From positions 51,544 through 115,543 of IMG/VR virus record IMGVR_UViG_3300021399_000119: a stretch of 64,000 nt of DNA. The stretch is one strand, 5' to 3'. The DNA is from a virus (taxonomy: Duplodnaviria > Caudoviricetes). The translations under genes were made by a program, and so were the position numbers. Under the pieces are notes generated by a model. That model was not told where the DNA came from, did not search any database, and saw only the letters and a program-made list of their open reading frames with translations. Every line of letters begins with the position of its first letter. Within the stretch, counting starts at the first letter, position 1. Positions 27,208 through 36,105 of the stretch are shown here, piece by piece.

Positions 27208-28575
27208 CTAAAGTTTTTTCTTTTTTATAAAATTCATCAAGACATCATGGTCATTTTCAATTTGTTCGTCAATAACAGCCTTCAATAACAAATTTAAGGC
27301 TTTCCCAATTTGTTCCCCTTGCAAACCAATTTGCATCATGTCATAACCATTGACCTTTAATTTCTTAAGGGTGAAGCATTGGTCTTCATTTAGAATTTGA
27401 TCCAAGATATCATTCAATTGATTGAACTTAGAATATTGCCATGTTTTGAAAAATTTATGATCTCTTACATCAGCAAGTTTTAAAACAAACAATTTTCTTA
27501 AGCGTTGTTCGTTTCCATCAAATTTTGTTAATTTTCTTTTTACCCATTTAGTATTTACTTTTGTTGGGTCATTATGATAACGAATTAAAAGAATAATTTC
27601 TTCAATTTCTTCTTTACTATATTTTAGACGACGAAGAATGCCATAAGCAATTTCTGCACCTTTTATATCGTGATTATAAAAAGTTATTTTCTTTTTATTT
27701 TCATCATAAGCAAATGTAGATGGTTTACCAATGTCATGAAAATAAGCTGCAATTCTTAAAATATAATCTTGCATCTCTATATTTTTTACAACATTACATA
27801 AGTGTTCATATACTTCACTATTGTGATAAGAAATTTCTTTGATAGGTTCCATACATGGAATTAATTCAGGAATAATAACACTCATAATATCTTTATATTC
27901 CTTTAATAAATAAGAAAGATTATTTGAATCTGCGCATCCCATCATTTTATTAAATTCTACACGAACTCTTTCTCTGGATACTCTATCTAAAGTTTCTTTT
28001 AACTCTCTCATAGCTTTTGCTGTCTCTGTTTCAATAGAAAAACCTAATTGAGCAGAAAATCTTAAAGCTCTTAATATTCTTAAACTATCTTCTTGAAATC
28101 TATGAATCGGTGTACCGACACATTTCACAACTTTATTTTTTAGGTCTTCTAAACCTCCGTAATAATCAATCACATTACCATTTTTATCACATGCTAAAGC
28201 ATTGATAGTAAAATCTCTTCTTGCTAAATCTTCTTGTAAAGACCTAACAAAAGTAACAGAATCTGGATGACGGCCATCTGAATAGGCACCGTCTGTTCTA
28301 AAAGTAGTAATTTCTCTACCTTCTTCTCCTGTCATTACAGTTACTGTTCCATGTTGTAAACCAGTGGGAATAATTCTATATCCTTTAAATACTTCTATTG
28401 TTTCCTCTGGAGTAGCACTAGTTGTGATGTCATAGTCATTTACTGTTCTACCCAATATAGAATCTCGGACAGCTCCTCCTACAACATAAGCCTCATAACC
28501 AGCTTTTTCTAATTTTTTTAAAAGAGATATTACATCTCGTGGTAATATGATACTTTTATTTTTATTTAGCATCAT
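27208..28575 (-). CDS. cca: CCA-adding tRNA nucleotidyltransferase with HD domain
   Basis: VGGAVRD, DYDITT, EITTFR, DLARRDFTINA, EDSLRILRALRF, HDIGKP. Confidence 0.93.
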   Translation of the reverse strand: MMLNKNKSIILPRDVISLLKKLEKAGYEAYVVGGAVRDSILGRTVNDYDITTSATPEETIEVFKGYRIIPTGLQHGTVTVMTGEEGREITTFRTDGAYSDGRHPDSVTFVRSLQEDLARRDFTINALACDKNGNVIDYYGGLEDLKNKVVKCVGTPIHRFQEDSLRILRALRFSAQLGFSIETETAKAMRELKETLDRVSRERVRVEFNKMMGCADSNNLSYLLKEYKDIMSVIIPELIPCMEPIKEISYHNSEVYEHLCNVVKNIEMQDYILRIAAYFHDIGKPSTFAYDENKKKITFYNHDIKGAEIAYGILRRLKYSKEEIEEIILLIRYHNDPTKVNTKWVKRKLTKFDGNEQRLRKLFVLKLADVRDHKFFKTWQYSKFNQLNDILDQILNEDQCFTLKKLKVNGYDMMQIGLQGEQIGKALNLLLKAVIDEQIENDHDVLMNFIKKKKL

Positions 28576-28592
28576 ATTGTTATTTCCTTTTC

Positions 28593-28862
28593 TTAAAAAT
28601 TGTATTTTACGTTTTCTATATATTTGTAATTTAGTATTGTTATTTGTATTTCCACATCAGCAGAAGATGCTTGTGGGTTTTGCTTAATTATTTCTCTCAT
28701 TATGAATAGTCGGAGATCTTCGAGAAAATCCTGTATGTTAGAAGCGTTTACCTCTTTTTCCCAATCAAATACCCCATTACCAGAACCACCTGAGATAATT
28801 TTTCTGTTTTGTTTATTTATAATATCACTTAAATAAGAAAAAAAGTATAGAAATTTTTTCAT
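28593..28862 (-). CDS. hypothetical protein
   Basis: 89-aa ORF in the operon. Confidence 0.6.
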   Translation of the reverse strand: MKKFLYFFSYLSDIINKQNRKIISGGSGNGVFDWEKEVNASNIQDFLEDLRLFIMREIIKQNPQASSADVEIQITILNYKYIENVKYNF

Positions 28863-28883
28863 AATTTTACGCCTTTCCTAAGA

Positions 28884-29825
28884 TTAATAATTAATTAATT
28901 TTTCTATATATTCTCTTCCTTCGTCAACAAAACGAGGAATATTATAATCTAAAATCCATTTAGATATTTCTTTAACTTTAATTTCCTCACCTTTAAGTTC
29001 CATTTCACCATCTATTTTCTTTAAATAAAATATTGGACAAAAGTAAAAACCAAGATTGTCAAAATAAAAGTAACCTATTCTATCTTTATAAGTAATTTGA
29101 GAATTATTTTCTACAACTTGCCCATCATCTAAAAGATATTTTACATATTTAATGCAGCAAGTTCCACGCTTTTGTGGTGTTGGCAAATTACCCCAAATAA
29201 TTCCTTTTTCAAGTTCTAACTTAGCTACTAATTCTTTACAAGATTTACCTTCTAACTCTTTTTGTGAATAGTTGACCTGAGCTACTGATAAAATAGAATT
29301 TCTTTCTGCATCTTTTTGTCGCCAAAGTACACAATTAGTAACTTCTTCTTTTGGAATATTAAATACTCTGCTATCAAATAAAGCGCCTTTTCTACGAGCT
29401 CTATCATAAACTAAATCATAATTATCTGCTTCACCTTTTTCAGCAAGTTGGTCAAGATAAAATTCATTAAAGTATTTATTAAAAGCAAATGTTGCCATAG
29501 CTGCTGAAATAGAAGTCATTTTTTGAACTTCGTAATCAAACCATGCAGAAGTATCTAATTTATTATAATCAACTAATACTAATGTAATTTCATCTGATTG
29601 AGTATAACCTAACACACAACCTTGAATATTTTCACATAAATATTTCATAGTTTCTTGCATAGTTTTCATAAAAATATCATCAAATGGTTTTTTAAATCCT
29701 CTTGTAAAAGTATGGAAGGCTTTACCATCTAACCTAATAATTACAGGCATTCTACGAGTAAGCTTTGTTTTAGAGACTTCCTCATAATATGTCTTCATTC
29801 TATTTCCTAAATTATCTTTAACCAT
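28884..29825 (-). CDS. thg1: tRNA-His guanylyltransferase Thg1-like protein
   Basis: RMKTYYE, IRLDGKAFHTFT, YTQSDEI, FDSR, WRQKDAERNSI. Confidence 0.93.
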   Translation of the reverse strand: MVKDNLGNRMKTYYEEVSKTKLTRRMPVIIRLDGKAFHTFTRGFKKPFDDIFMKTMQETMKYLCENIQGCVLGYTQSDEITLVLVDYNKLDTSAWFDYEVQKMTSISAAMATFAFNKYFNEFYLDQLAEKGEADNYDLVYDRARRKGALFDSRVFNIPKEEVTNCVLWRQKDAERNSILSVAQVNYSQKELEGKSCKELVAKLELEKGIIWGNLPTPQKRGTCCIKYVKYLLDDGQVVENNSQITYKDRIGYFYFDNLGFYFCPIFYLKKIDGEMELKGEEIKVKEISKWILDYNIPRFVDEGREYIEKLINY

Positions 29826-29861
29826 ATTTGTTTCCTTTTCTAAGATCTATTTTATATTTTA

Positions 29862-30341
29862 TTATTTTCCCCAAATATCGCGCCCATACATATAATAATC
29901 ATCTTCATCGAATTCATCTCTGATTCGAATTCCATCTCGTTTCCGAATTTCATTTCGTTTTTTCTCTTTTTCAATTGCATCATTAATTACATGCCAAGCC
30001 TCATAACCAGAAACGCATTTGTAACTCTTTCCTTGTCTTGCATACCATTCTTTTTGTTTGTCAGTTAATTCCTGAGCATAAACATATTTTTCATTGAGGT
30101 CTTCAAACTTAACTATCTCATAAGTATCTACTTCATAATCAAAGTCATCTTTATTATATACAGTAGTATAACTTCCCAAAATAACATAGTTAGGTCCAAA
30201 ACCGATGACCTTATAAGAATGATACTTACTATAAATATATTTGCAATCTGAATCATCACGACAAACCATGCAAGGAATTAGGCTCATAAGTTCTTCATAA
30301 GTTCTGTTTTTAATTACATCTTTAAAAAGAATTTTTTCCAT
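29862..30341 (-). CDS. hypothetical protein
   Basis: ORF from MEKIL. Confidence 0.7.
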   Translation of the reverse strand: MEKILFKDVIKNRTYEELMSLIPCMVCRDDSDCKYIYSKYHSYKVIGFGPNYVILGSYTTVYNKDDFDYEVDTYEIVKFEDLNEKYVYAQELTDKQKEWYARQGKSYKCVSGYEAWHVINDAIEKEKKRNEIRKRDGIRIRDEFDEDDYYMYGRDIWGK

Positions 30342-31047
30342 TTTTTTCTCCTGATTTAAGATTTTTTTCAAAGTTTTTTAATATTTCAGAATTATAATTT
30401 TCTGGTTCATAATTAATTATAGCAGCTTGTCCATAAGCTTCGTAATTTTTAATTCTACCACAAATTGTGCAATATTGCATTGTTTCAATAACGCCAGCTT
30501 CATCATGATAATTTTTAGAAACAAGATGTTTATCACAGTTATGAAACGGATTTATTTCAAGTGGCATAGTTTTTGTTAGAAGACTTCTTGTACTTGTTTT
30601 ATTTAAAATCTTTCCTTTACTTTTAGCTTCTTCAAGCTCTTTTTTAATCGTGTATCTTTCTAACCAACCATATTTAATATATTCACAAGTAATTCGCACA
30701 ATATTTGCATGCCACTTAAAAATAGTCTTTATACTTTCATTTTCACATTCTGCAAATGTGTTTATTTTTTTCTTATTTACTTTAAGATAGTCATCCACAA
30801 TTGCCCCTGTATATAAATCGACAATGATTTGCGAATTACAAGTAATACCAGCTAATTCAGGTAGGATTGGATTATCTTGATGATTTAAATCTTTTGTATA
30901 TAAAGCATAGAAAGGATTATCTGAGCGATTATATCTATTGTACTTAAGTATATTTTGGAAATATCTATCAATCATTTTTGGACAAGGAGCAGTTATATTA
31001 CTTTTCCCTGTATCAATACCCATTCCTCTTTTTCTTTTCTTTCCCAT
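30322..31047 (-). CDS. hypothetical protein with C-terminal CxxC
   Basis: 241-aa ORF; C.H...CTICG. Confidence 0.7.
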   Translation of the reverse strand: MGKKRKRGMGIDTGKSNITAPCPKMIDRYFQNILKYNRYNRSDNPFYALYTKDLNHQDNPILPELAGITCNSQIIVDLYTGAIVDDYLKVNKKKINTFAECENESIKTIFKWHANIVRITCEYIKYGWLERYTIKKELEEAKSKGKILNKTSTRSLLTKTMPLEINPFHNCDKHLVSKNYHDEAGVIETMQYCTICGRIKNYEAYGQAAIINYEPENYNSEILKNFEKNLKSGEKNGKNSF

Positions 31048-31072
31048 AATTATATACCTTTCTTAAAAATTT

Positions 31073-31429
31073 CTAACTAATTGACCAAGCGCATTTATAT
31101 CGACAACAGTCTTCTAATTCTTGTGCTATTTGTGGCGATATTTTTTCAACTTCTTTCCACTTAGTTTTTAAAAAAGTATAAACTTCTTTTGTTTCTTTTG
31201 ATGTGAATTTTCCATAAGGATTATTAGCCCACTTCATAAAAACTTTTGGAGTTCCTTCTTTAAATTCATATTTAAGTGGCTTTTCCATAAAATATTCTGA
31301 CATAGTGCATTCTGAAGCGGGTTTCCTTTGTGTAGTCATTGTGCCACCAAATAATTCTACTATTTTTTTCATTTCATCATTAAATCTAGGATAACTAGCT
31401 GAACCGCAAAAAATAAAATCCATTCCCAT
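31073..31429 (-). CDS. hypothetical protein
   Basis: 118-aa ORF; GMDF...GSASYPRF. Confidence 0.7.
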   Translation of the reverse strand: MGMDFIFCGSASYPRFNDEMKKIVELFGGTMTTQRKPASECTMSEYFMEKPLKYEFKEGTPKVFMKWANNPYGKFTSKETKEVYTFLKTKWKEVEKISPQIAQELEDCCRYKCAWSIS

Positions 31430-31444
31430 AATTATATACCTTTC

Positions 31445-32470
31445 TTATAATTCAAATTTTTCGTCTTTGAATTCGCCGTTAATAATTCTCTTATTAACTG
31501 ACATTACCCATTCTTCAATTGCCTTCATATTTGGCTTTTCAGGTAATTTTGAACTTTCATAAGCTTCATTCATTCTTTTATCTAATGAATCAACCATATC
31601 ATAAAATTCTTTAGTCATATTACCATTTTCGTCCATATACTTACCATTTCTAATATCCATTAATAAATCGTGTTCTTTTTCACGATAAGTATGAACTTCA
31701 CCAGTTTCTAACATTTCAATACACATTAATAATAATCTGACAAGATGCATAGCATGTTTATTCAAATGTGCGTCATCTTTCTTTCTATTTCTATTTAATA
31801 ATTCTTTATAGTTTCTTGTTGTATTAGAAACTGTTGAGTAGAAATCTTCAAATTCTCCGCTTTCAATATCAATATCTAACTTAAATCTTAATTTGCCAGC
31901 CTCGTCAACATAAGCAAAAGCAGGATTGATGTCTGTATTATGTTGATTATTAAAAGTAGTTAATGCGCTTTGCAAAGAAATAGAAATATGTTCATTTTTT
32001 TCTTTTTCAGGATAATTATCACGAGCTAAAGCATTTTGTAATCTTTTTAAATTAGCTTTTGCGTAACCGCCAAATGTATATTTGCATCTCTTACTTAAAA
32101 ATAAATCTTTATGATCTAATAATTCTTGCCCTAATTTAGAAACATATAAATATTGGTCAGGATTTAAACCAATAATTTCAACAATATTAGGATTGTTTTG
32201 CATCAATAATTGAATCATTTTATTAAAAGCAAAAACAGTAGTATCAGTCTTTTCATTAATAAATTGTTCAAACTTTTGATAACCAATTAATTCCTCTGGC
32301 TTTTCAATAGCAATACCTCTAATATCTAAATCAGAAGTTGGTACATTTGTTCCATACGCATGCGATCCACCCAACCCCAATAATATAATATTATTACCAA
32401 GATGTTCGTTTTCCCATAAAAATTTATATTCAGGTTTCTTTAATTCTTGCTTGTATGTATCTATTGACAT
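31445..32470 (-). CDS. Pol-beta-family nucleotidyltransferase (Nuc-transf/RlaP type)
   Basis: GGSHAYGTNVPTSDLDIRG, NPNIVE, KHAMHLVRLL. Confidence 0.88.
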   Translation of the reverse strand: MSIDTYKQELKKPEYKFLWENEHLGNNIILLGLGGSHAYGTNVPTSDLDIRGIAIEKPEELIGYQKFEQFINEKTDTTVFAFNKMIQLLMQNNPNIVEIIGLNPDQYLYVSKLGQELLDHKDLFLSKRCKYTFGGYAKANLKRLQNALARDNYPEKEKNEHISISLQSALTTFNNQHNTDINPAFAYVDEAGKLRFKLDIDIESGEFEDFYSTVSNTTRNYKELLNRNRKKDDAHLNKHAMHLVRLLLMCIEMLETGEVHTYREKEHDLLMDIRNGKYMDENGNMTKEFYDMVDSLDKRMNEAYESSKLPEKPNMKAIEEWVMSVNKRIINGEFKDEKFEL

Positions 32471-32886
32471 TATTTCTTCTGTCCTTTCTCTAGAATAGTT
32501 ACTTCTGCCATATTATCCATAAGATGTTCTAATTGCCAAGATTTCCACGCCGATTCAAGAGAACTTCTAGTGTACTCTTTAACGTCATCTAATTTAAATA
32601 CAGCTCCTATAAAAGAAATAGCGAGAAGACCTATGACTCCATCTGACATGAAAAAATCTATATAAGTATCTCCAAATTCTTTTTGAAAATCAACTAATGT
32701 ATCAGGCAGCTGTTTTTGATTCTCTATAACTTGTGTAACAAATTTTTCTTTTGCATCTTGAGTTAATATAAGTATTCCTGTATCTAAAATTTCTTTTTGA
32801 AAAATATCCAATACTTTTTTACTAAATTCTTCTGCAACATATTCTAAATAATTGTGGTTGTATTTAAGTGGTTTCATAATTACCAA
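32470..32886 (-). CDS. hypothetical protein
   Basis: 138-aa coupled ORF. Confidence 0.65.
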   Translation of the reverse strand: MVIMKPLKYNHNYLEYVAEEFSKKVLDIFQKEILDTGILILTQDAKEKFVTQVIENQKQLPDTLVDFQKEFGDTYIDFFMSDGVIGLLAISFIGAVFKLDDVKEYTRSSLESAWKSWQLEHLMDNMAEVTILEKGQKK

Positions 32887-33722
32887 TCGCTTTCGTTAAA
32901 ATTATTATAATTATATAAAGTAAACTGATCGTTCATTTTTGCAATTTTGTCTTTTATACCAAAAGAGTAATAAGACACTCCCTCTTGAGTTAAACGTTGC
33001 CATGTGGGGATTTCATAACAAGGATTATAATATATTTTATTAAAATATCTAGTATAATCTAAATCTGGATATTCTTCTATAATTTTATCTAATACGGCTA
33101 ATGTCCATTGTACATCACTTAAAGCATCATGGTCTTGCTCTTGAGATGCAGACACTACTCCTAATCTATGAGCTACATCTTCTAACTTATATTGAGAAAA
33201 ATATGCCTTATTAAGAGAACGATTATATCCGTATTTAATATAACTTGGAATTGATCCATAAATATCTAAAAATATACCCATAACGTCTACTAATTGAATA
33301 GATTCAAAAGGCAATCCACATCTTTTGTAAGCTTCTTTTAAAGTTCTTACGTCGTATGCAATATTATAACCAATAATTAGCCCATCTGTAAAACCATATT
33401 GAACTAATTCACATTCACTAATTCTTTGGTCTTTATATTCTGGACTTTGCAAGTGATCTTTTGTAACTCCTGTTAAATCTGTAATAGAAAAGAATTTATC
33501 TTTAGTTTGAATCATATCCGTTTCAGGATTATATTGCCCCTGATTTACATATTTAGACAGCTCTGTTAAATTATGTTGTTCATCATAACGTAAAGCCCCC
33601 ACTTGAATAGGCATCCCAACATTTCCATCTTTAGAGCTTGAAGTTTCAAAATCTAAAATAGCAAAAGGTTTTCCCTCTAGTTTAAAAGCTTTTATTACTT
33701 TTTCTGCACTAATTGTTTTCAT
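32880..33722 (-). CDS. DEDDh 3'-5' exonuclease
   Basis: LDFETS, YNIAYD, HDALSD. Confidence 0.88.
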   Translation of the reverse strand: MKTISAEKVIKAFKLEGKPFAILDFETSSSKDGNVGMPIQVGALRYDEQHNLTELSKYVNQGQYNPETDMIQTKDKFFSITDLTGVTKDHLQSPEYKDQRISECELVQYGFTDGLIIGYNIAYDVRTLKEAYKRCGLPFESIQLVDVMGIFLDIYGSIPSYIKYGYNRSLNKAYFSQYKLEDVAHRLGVVSASQEQDHDALSDVQWTLAVLDKIIEEYPDLDYTRYFNKIYYNPCYEIPTWQRLTQEGVSYYSFGIKDKIAKMNDQFTLYNYNNFNESDW

Positions 33723-34786
33723 TTATTAATTTGCTCACTTTCTGTTCCACAAGCTTCTTTATCTATCTTGTTGAACTCAATTAAATCATGCATCAACACA
33801 TCACCAAAAGTGTTTAACGCTTTTCTTATAGCTTTTTCAGTATTCCAATCGAATGGTCTCATATGATAATTCACATAAGCCAATACTCGAAGTATTTCAT
33901 GTACCTCCAAATCTTTTTGAGGAATTAGTTCTAAATGAGTTAATAACTCATAAGTTCCTACCTCAGCATGACTGTAATAAATAGCTATACCGCTATCATT
34001 ATAACTTTTTGTATAATATTTGCCCCAATCATGCACAATAGCCGCAACAGGCATCCAACGTTGTCCATAAAAATTTTGTATTCTTTCAGAAACTAATTGT
34101 TGACAAGCAACCATATGGAAACCTAAAGTGTATTTATGGTGAGGATTTTCTTGATTAAAATTAATCATTTTGAACATTAACGCTGCATAATCCTTTGCAT
34201 TGTGTTTTATTTGCACTATAGGATTAAAAGTAATTCCATTAATAATTATAATTCTAGTAAAACCCTCTTCACTAAAAGGAATACAAAATTTTTTTCTATA
34301 CGAATAAACAACTTCTTCTGGAATAATTTTCCCTGTTTTTTCTGCTCTATCTTTAACACGTTGTAGACACACATCAAAAGGAGTTGCCATAATAACTGCA
34401 GTTACAACATAAGTTAAATTTGGATAAATTTTTTCCCATTTCTTTATATGATTAAATGTTTCTGCTCTATCTTTAATTGTGATGTTAGTATTATCTAAGA
34501 TCACAGGCCTATTTTCTTCTCTTCCAAAATAAATGTCCATAATCAAATTATCAAGGTCTTGATAAAAACGTTTAAAAATTTGATTATTATCTTCTTCAGG
34601 AAAACGAACTCTATAGTCATCTGCACTAAAATACCAACTTGGAGTCATTTTTGCATAAGTACTTTTCCCGCTTCCTTGAAGACCGACCATCATAAATAAA
34701 TCAATTATTTCAGGACCATTTGTTGGTCTTCCAAATTCATCTACTATTTTTGAACCTTTAAACATACTTATTCTTCTCCTCCCCAA
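33719..34786 (-). CDS. polynucleotide kinase (P-loop) fused to HD phosphohydrolase
   Basis: GLQGSGKST, SADDYR, LDNTN; C-terminal NPHH...HDWGK...HAEVG...YHM. Confidence 0.88.
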   Translation of the reverse strand: MGRRRISMFKGSKIVDEFGRPTNGPEIIDLFMMVGLQGSGKSTYAKMTPSWYFSADDYRVRFPEEDNNQIFKRFYQDLDNLIMDIYFGREENRPVILDNTNITIKDRAETFNHIKKWEKIYPNLTYVVTAVIMATPFDVCLQRVKDRAEKTGKIIPEEVVYSYRKKFCIPFSEEGFTRIIIINGITFNPIVQIKHNAKDYAALMFKMINFNQENPHHKYTLGFHMVACQQLVSERIQNFYGQRWMPVAAIVHDWGKYYTKSYNDSGIAIYYSHAEVGTYELLTHLELIPQKDLEVHEILRVLAYVNYHMRPFDWNTEKAIRKALNTFGDVLMHDLIEFNKIDKEACGTESEQINK

Positions 34787-36090
34787 GAATTGATATTGTT
34801 ATAAATATCAGGGTCAATTTGAGACATTTTGGTATATTGATAAACCCCTTTGCCACGATCTCTTTTTAAGAAATTATTAGGTTTTCCTAAATAAACATTT
34901 CTAACAGCCCCTTTAAGATTATTAGGAACGCTATTTTCTACCCAAATCATGAAATCTTTTCTTTCTCCTTTTGGAGCCATTTCATAATATTCTTGAGTCA
35001 TTTTTTGATTAAATTTTTCATAATCATAAATAATGGCAGCAATTTTTTGGATATCAGCTTTAAAAGTTTCTGGAACTTTTGCTAATAAATCATCATATAC
35101 CCCATCTGCAATGGCACGAATTAATACATTAGGAGCACTTAATTTACTAATTATTTTATGAACTTTGACATAATCGTCTGTTTTTAATTTAAATAAATGT
35201 CCATCAATATTAATAACAAAACCTTCCATCTCATCAGATTTTTTTGTTTTTATGATTTCCATAACTTCGTCTAAAGAACCTTTAAATACAGAGGTTACTT
35301 TAATCTTTTTTACTTGTGCAAGACTACGTAAAACTGCATAAGATGCTAAGATGCCAGTTTCATTATATCTTAATCCTATTAAGTACAATCCTTCTTCTGC
35401 TTTTGAATATTTTACAACAATACGATTATCTACTGAAATATACTCAAACATGCAAGTATATTCACGAAATTCTTTTACAAATTCACGCAAATTAGCATTT
35501 TCAGGTGCATAGAATACTTTTTTAACATCTCTTAATACAGTAGCTTGTTCATCAGAATCATCTAAAGAGCCACTTGTGGTGATAAAAAATTCGTTTTCTC
35601 CAATATATCTAGCAATACAAATTGATCCATCAAGTTTATTACTGAATTCAATATTTACAGCTTTTTCCATTAATCTTTTAACAACGTCCCAGCTTGTAGA
35701 TTCTAATTCTCCAACATTAAAGAATTTGTCAAAAGGACAAGTAATAATGGTCTCTTTTTTCACATCAATAGTAATACTTCTGCATGATTGTAAAAAACCA
35801 TCCCACGCATTCCATAGTTGGTCTGTAGTTGTCATTCCTTTTTCCTCTGCTAAATCGCTTAAAACAGCTAAGTTGCCGTATTTAAATAATACGGCTGTTT
35901 TATATTGTTTTATAATTAAGAATGGACGAACATCAGACCAAAAAGAATCTTGGGTTTTTTCAATCCACTTGTCAACACAAGTTTTATATCCTGTTGCATC
36001 ATAAATATCTTTAGTTGGACCAACTGCAGATATATAAGATTCTTTTAATCTCATTATTTCCCTGAACACTGGGTTCCATGTAAAATCCAT
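34768..36090 (-). CDS. T4 Rnl1-like RNA ligase
   Basis: PFDKFFN, KLDGS (motif I), FEY, EGFV, FKLK. Confidence 0.9.
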   Translation of the reverse strand: MDFTWNPVFREIMRLKESYISAVGPTKDIYDATGYKTCVDKWIEKTQDSFWSDVRPFLIIKQYKTAVLFKYGNLAVLSDLAEEKGMTTTDQLWNAWDGFLQSCRSITIDVKKETIITCPFDKFFNVGELESTSWDVVKRLMEKAVNIEFSNKLDGSICIARYIGENEFFITTSGSLDDSDEQATVLRDVKKVFYAPENANLREFVKEFREYTCMFEYISVDNRIVVKYSKAEEGLYLIGLRYNETGILASYAVLRSLAQVKKIKVTSVFKGSLDEVMEIIKTKKSDEMEGFVINIDGHLFKLKTDDYVKVHKIISKLSAPNVLIRAIADGVYDDLLAKVPETFKADIQKIAAIIYDYEKFNQKMTQEYYEMAPKGERKDFMIWVENSVPNNLKGAVRNVYLGKPNNFLKRDRGKGVYQYTKMSQIDPDIYNNINSWGGEE

Positions 36091-36105
36091 AACTATATCC
36101 TTTCT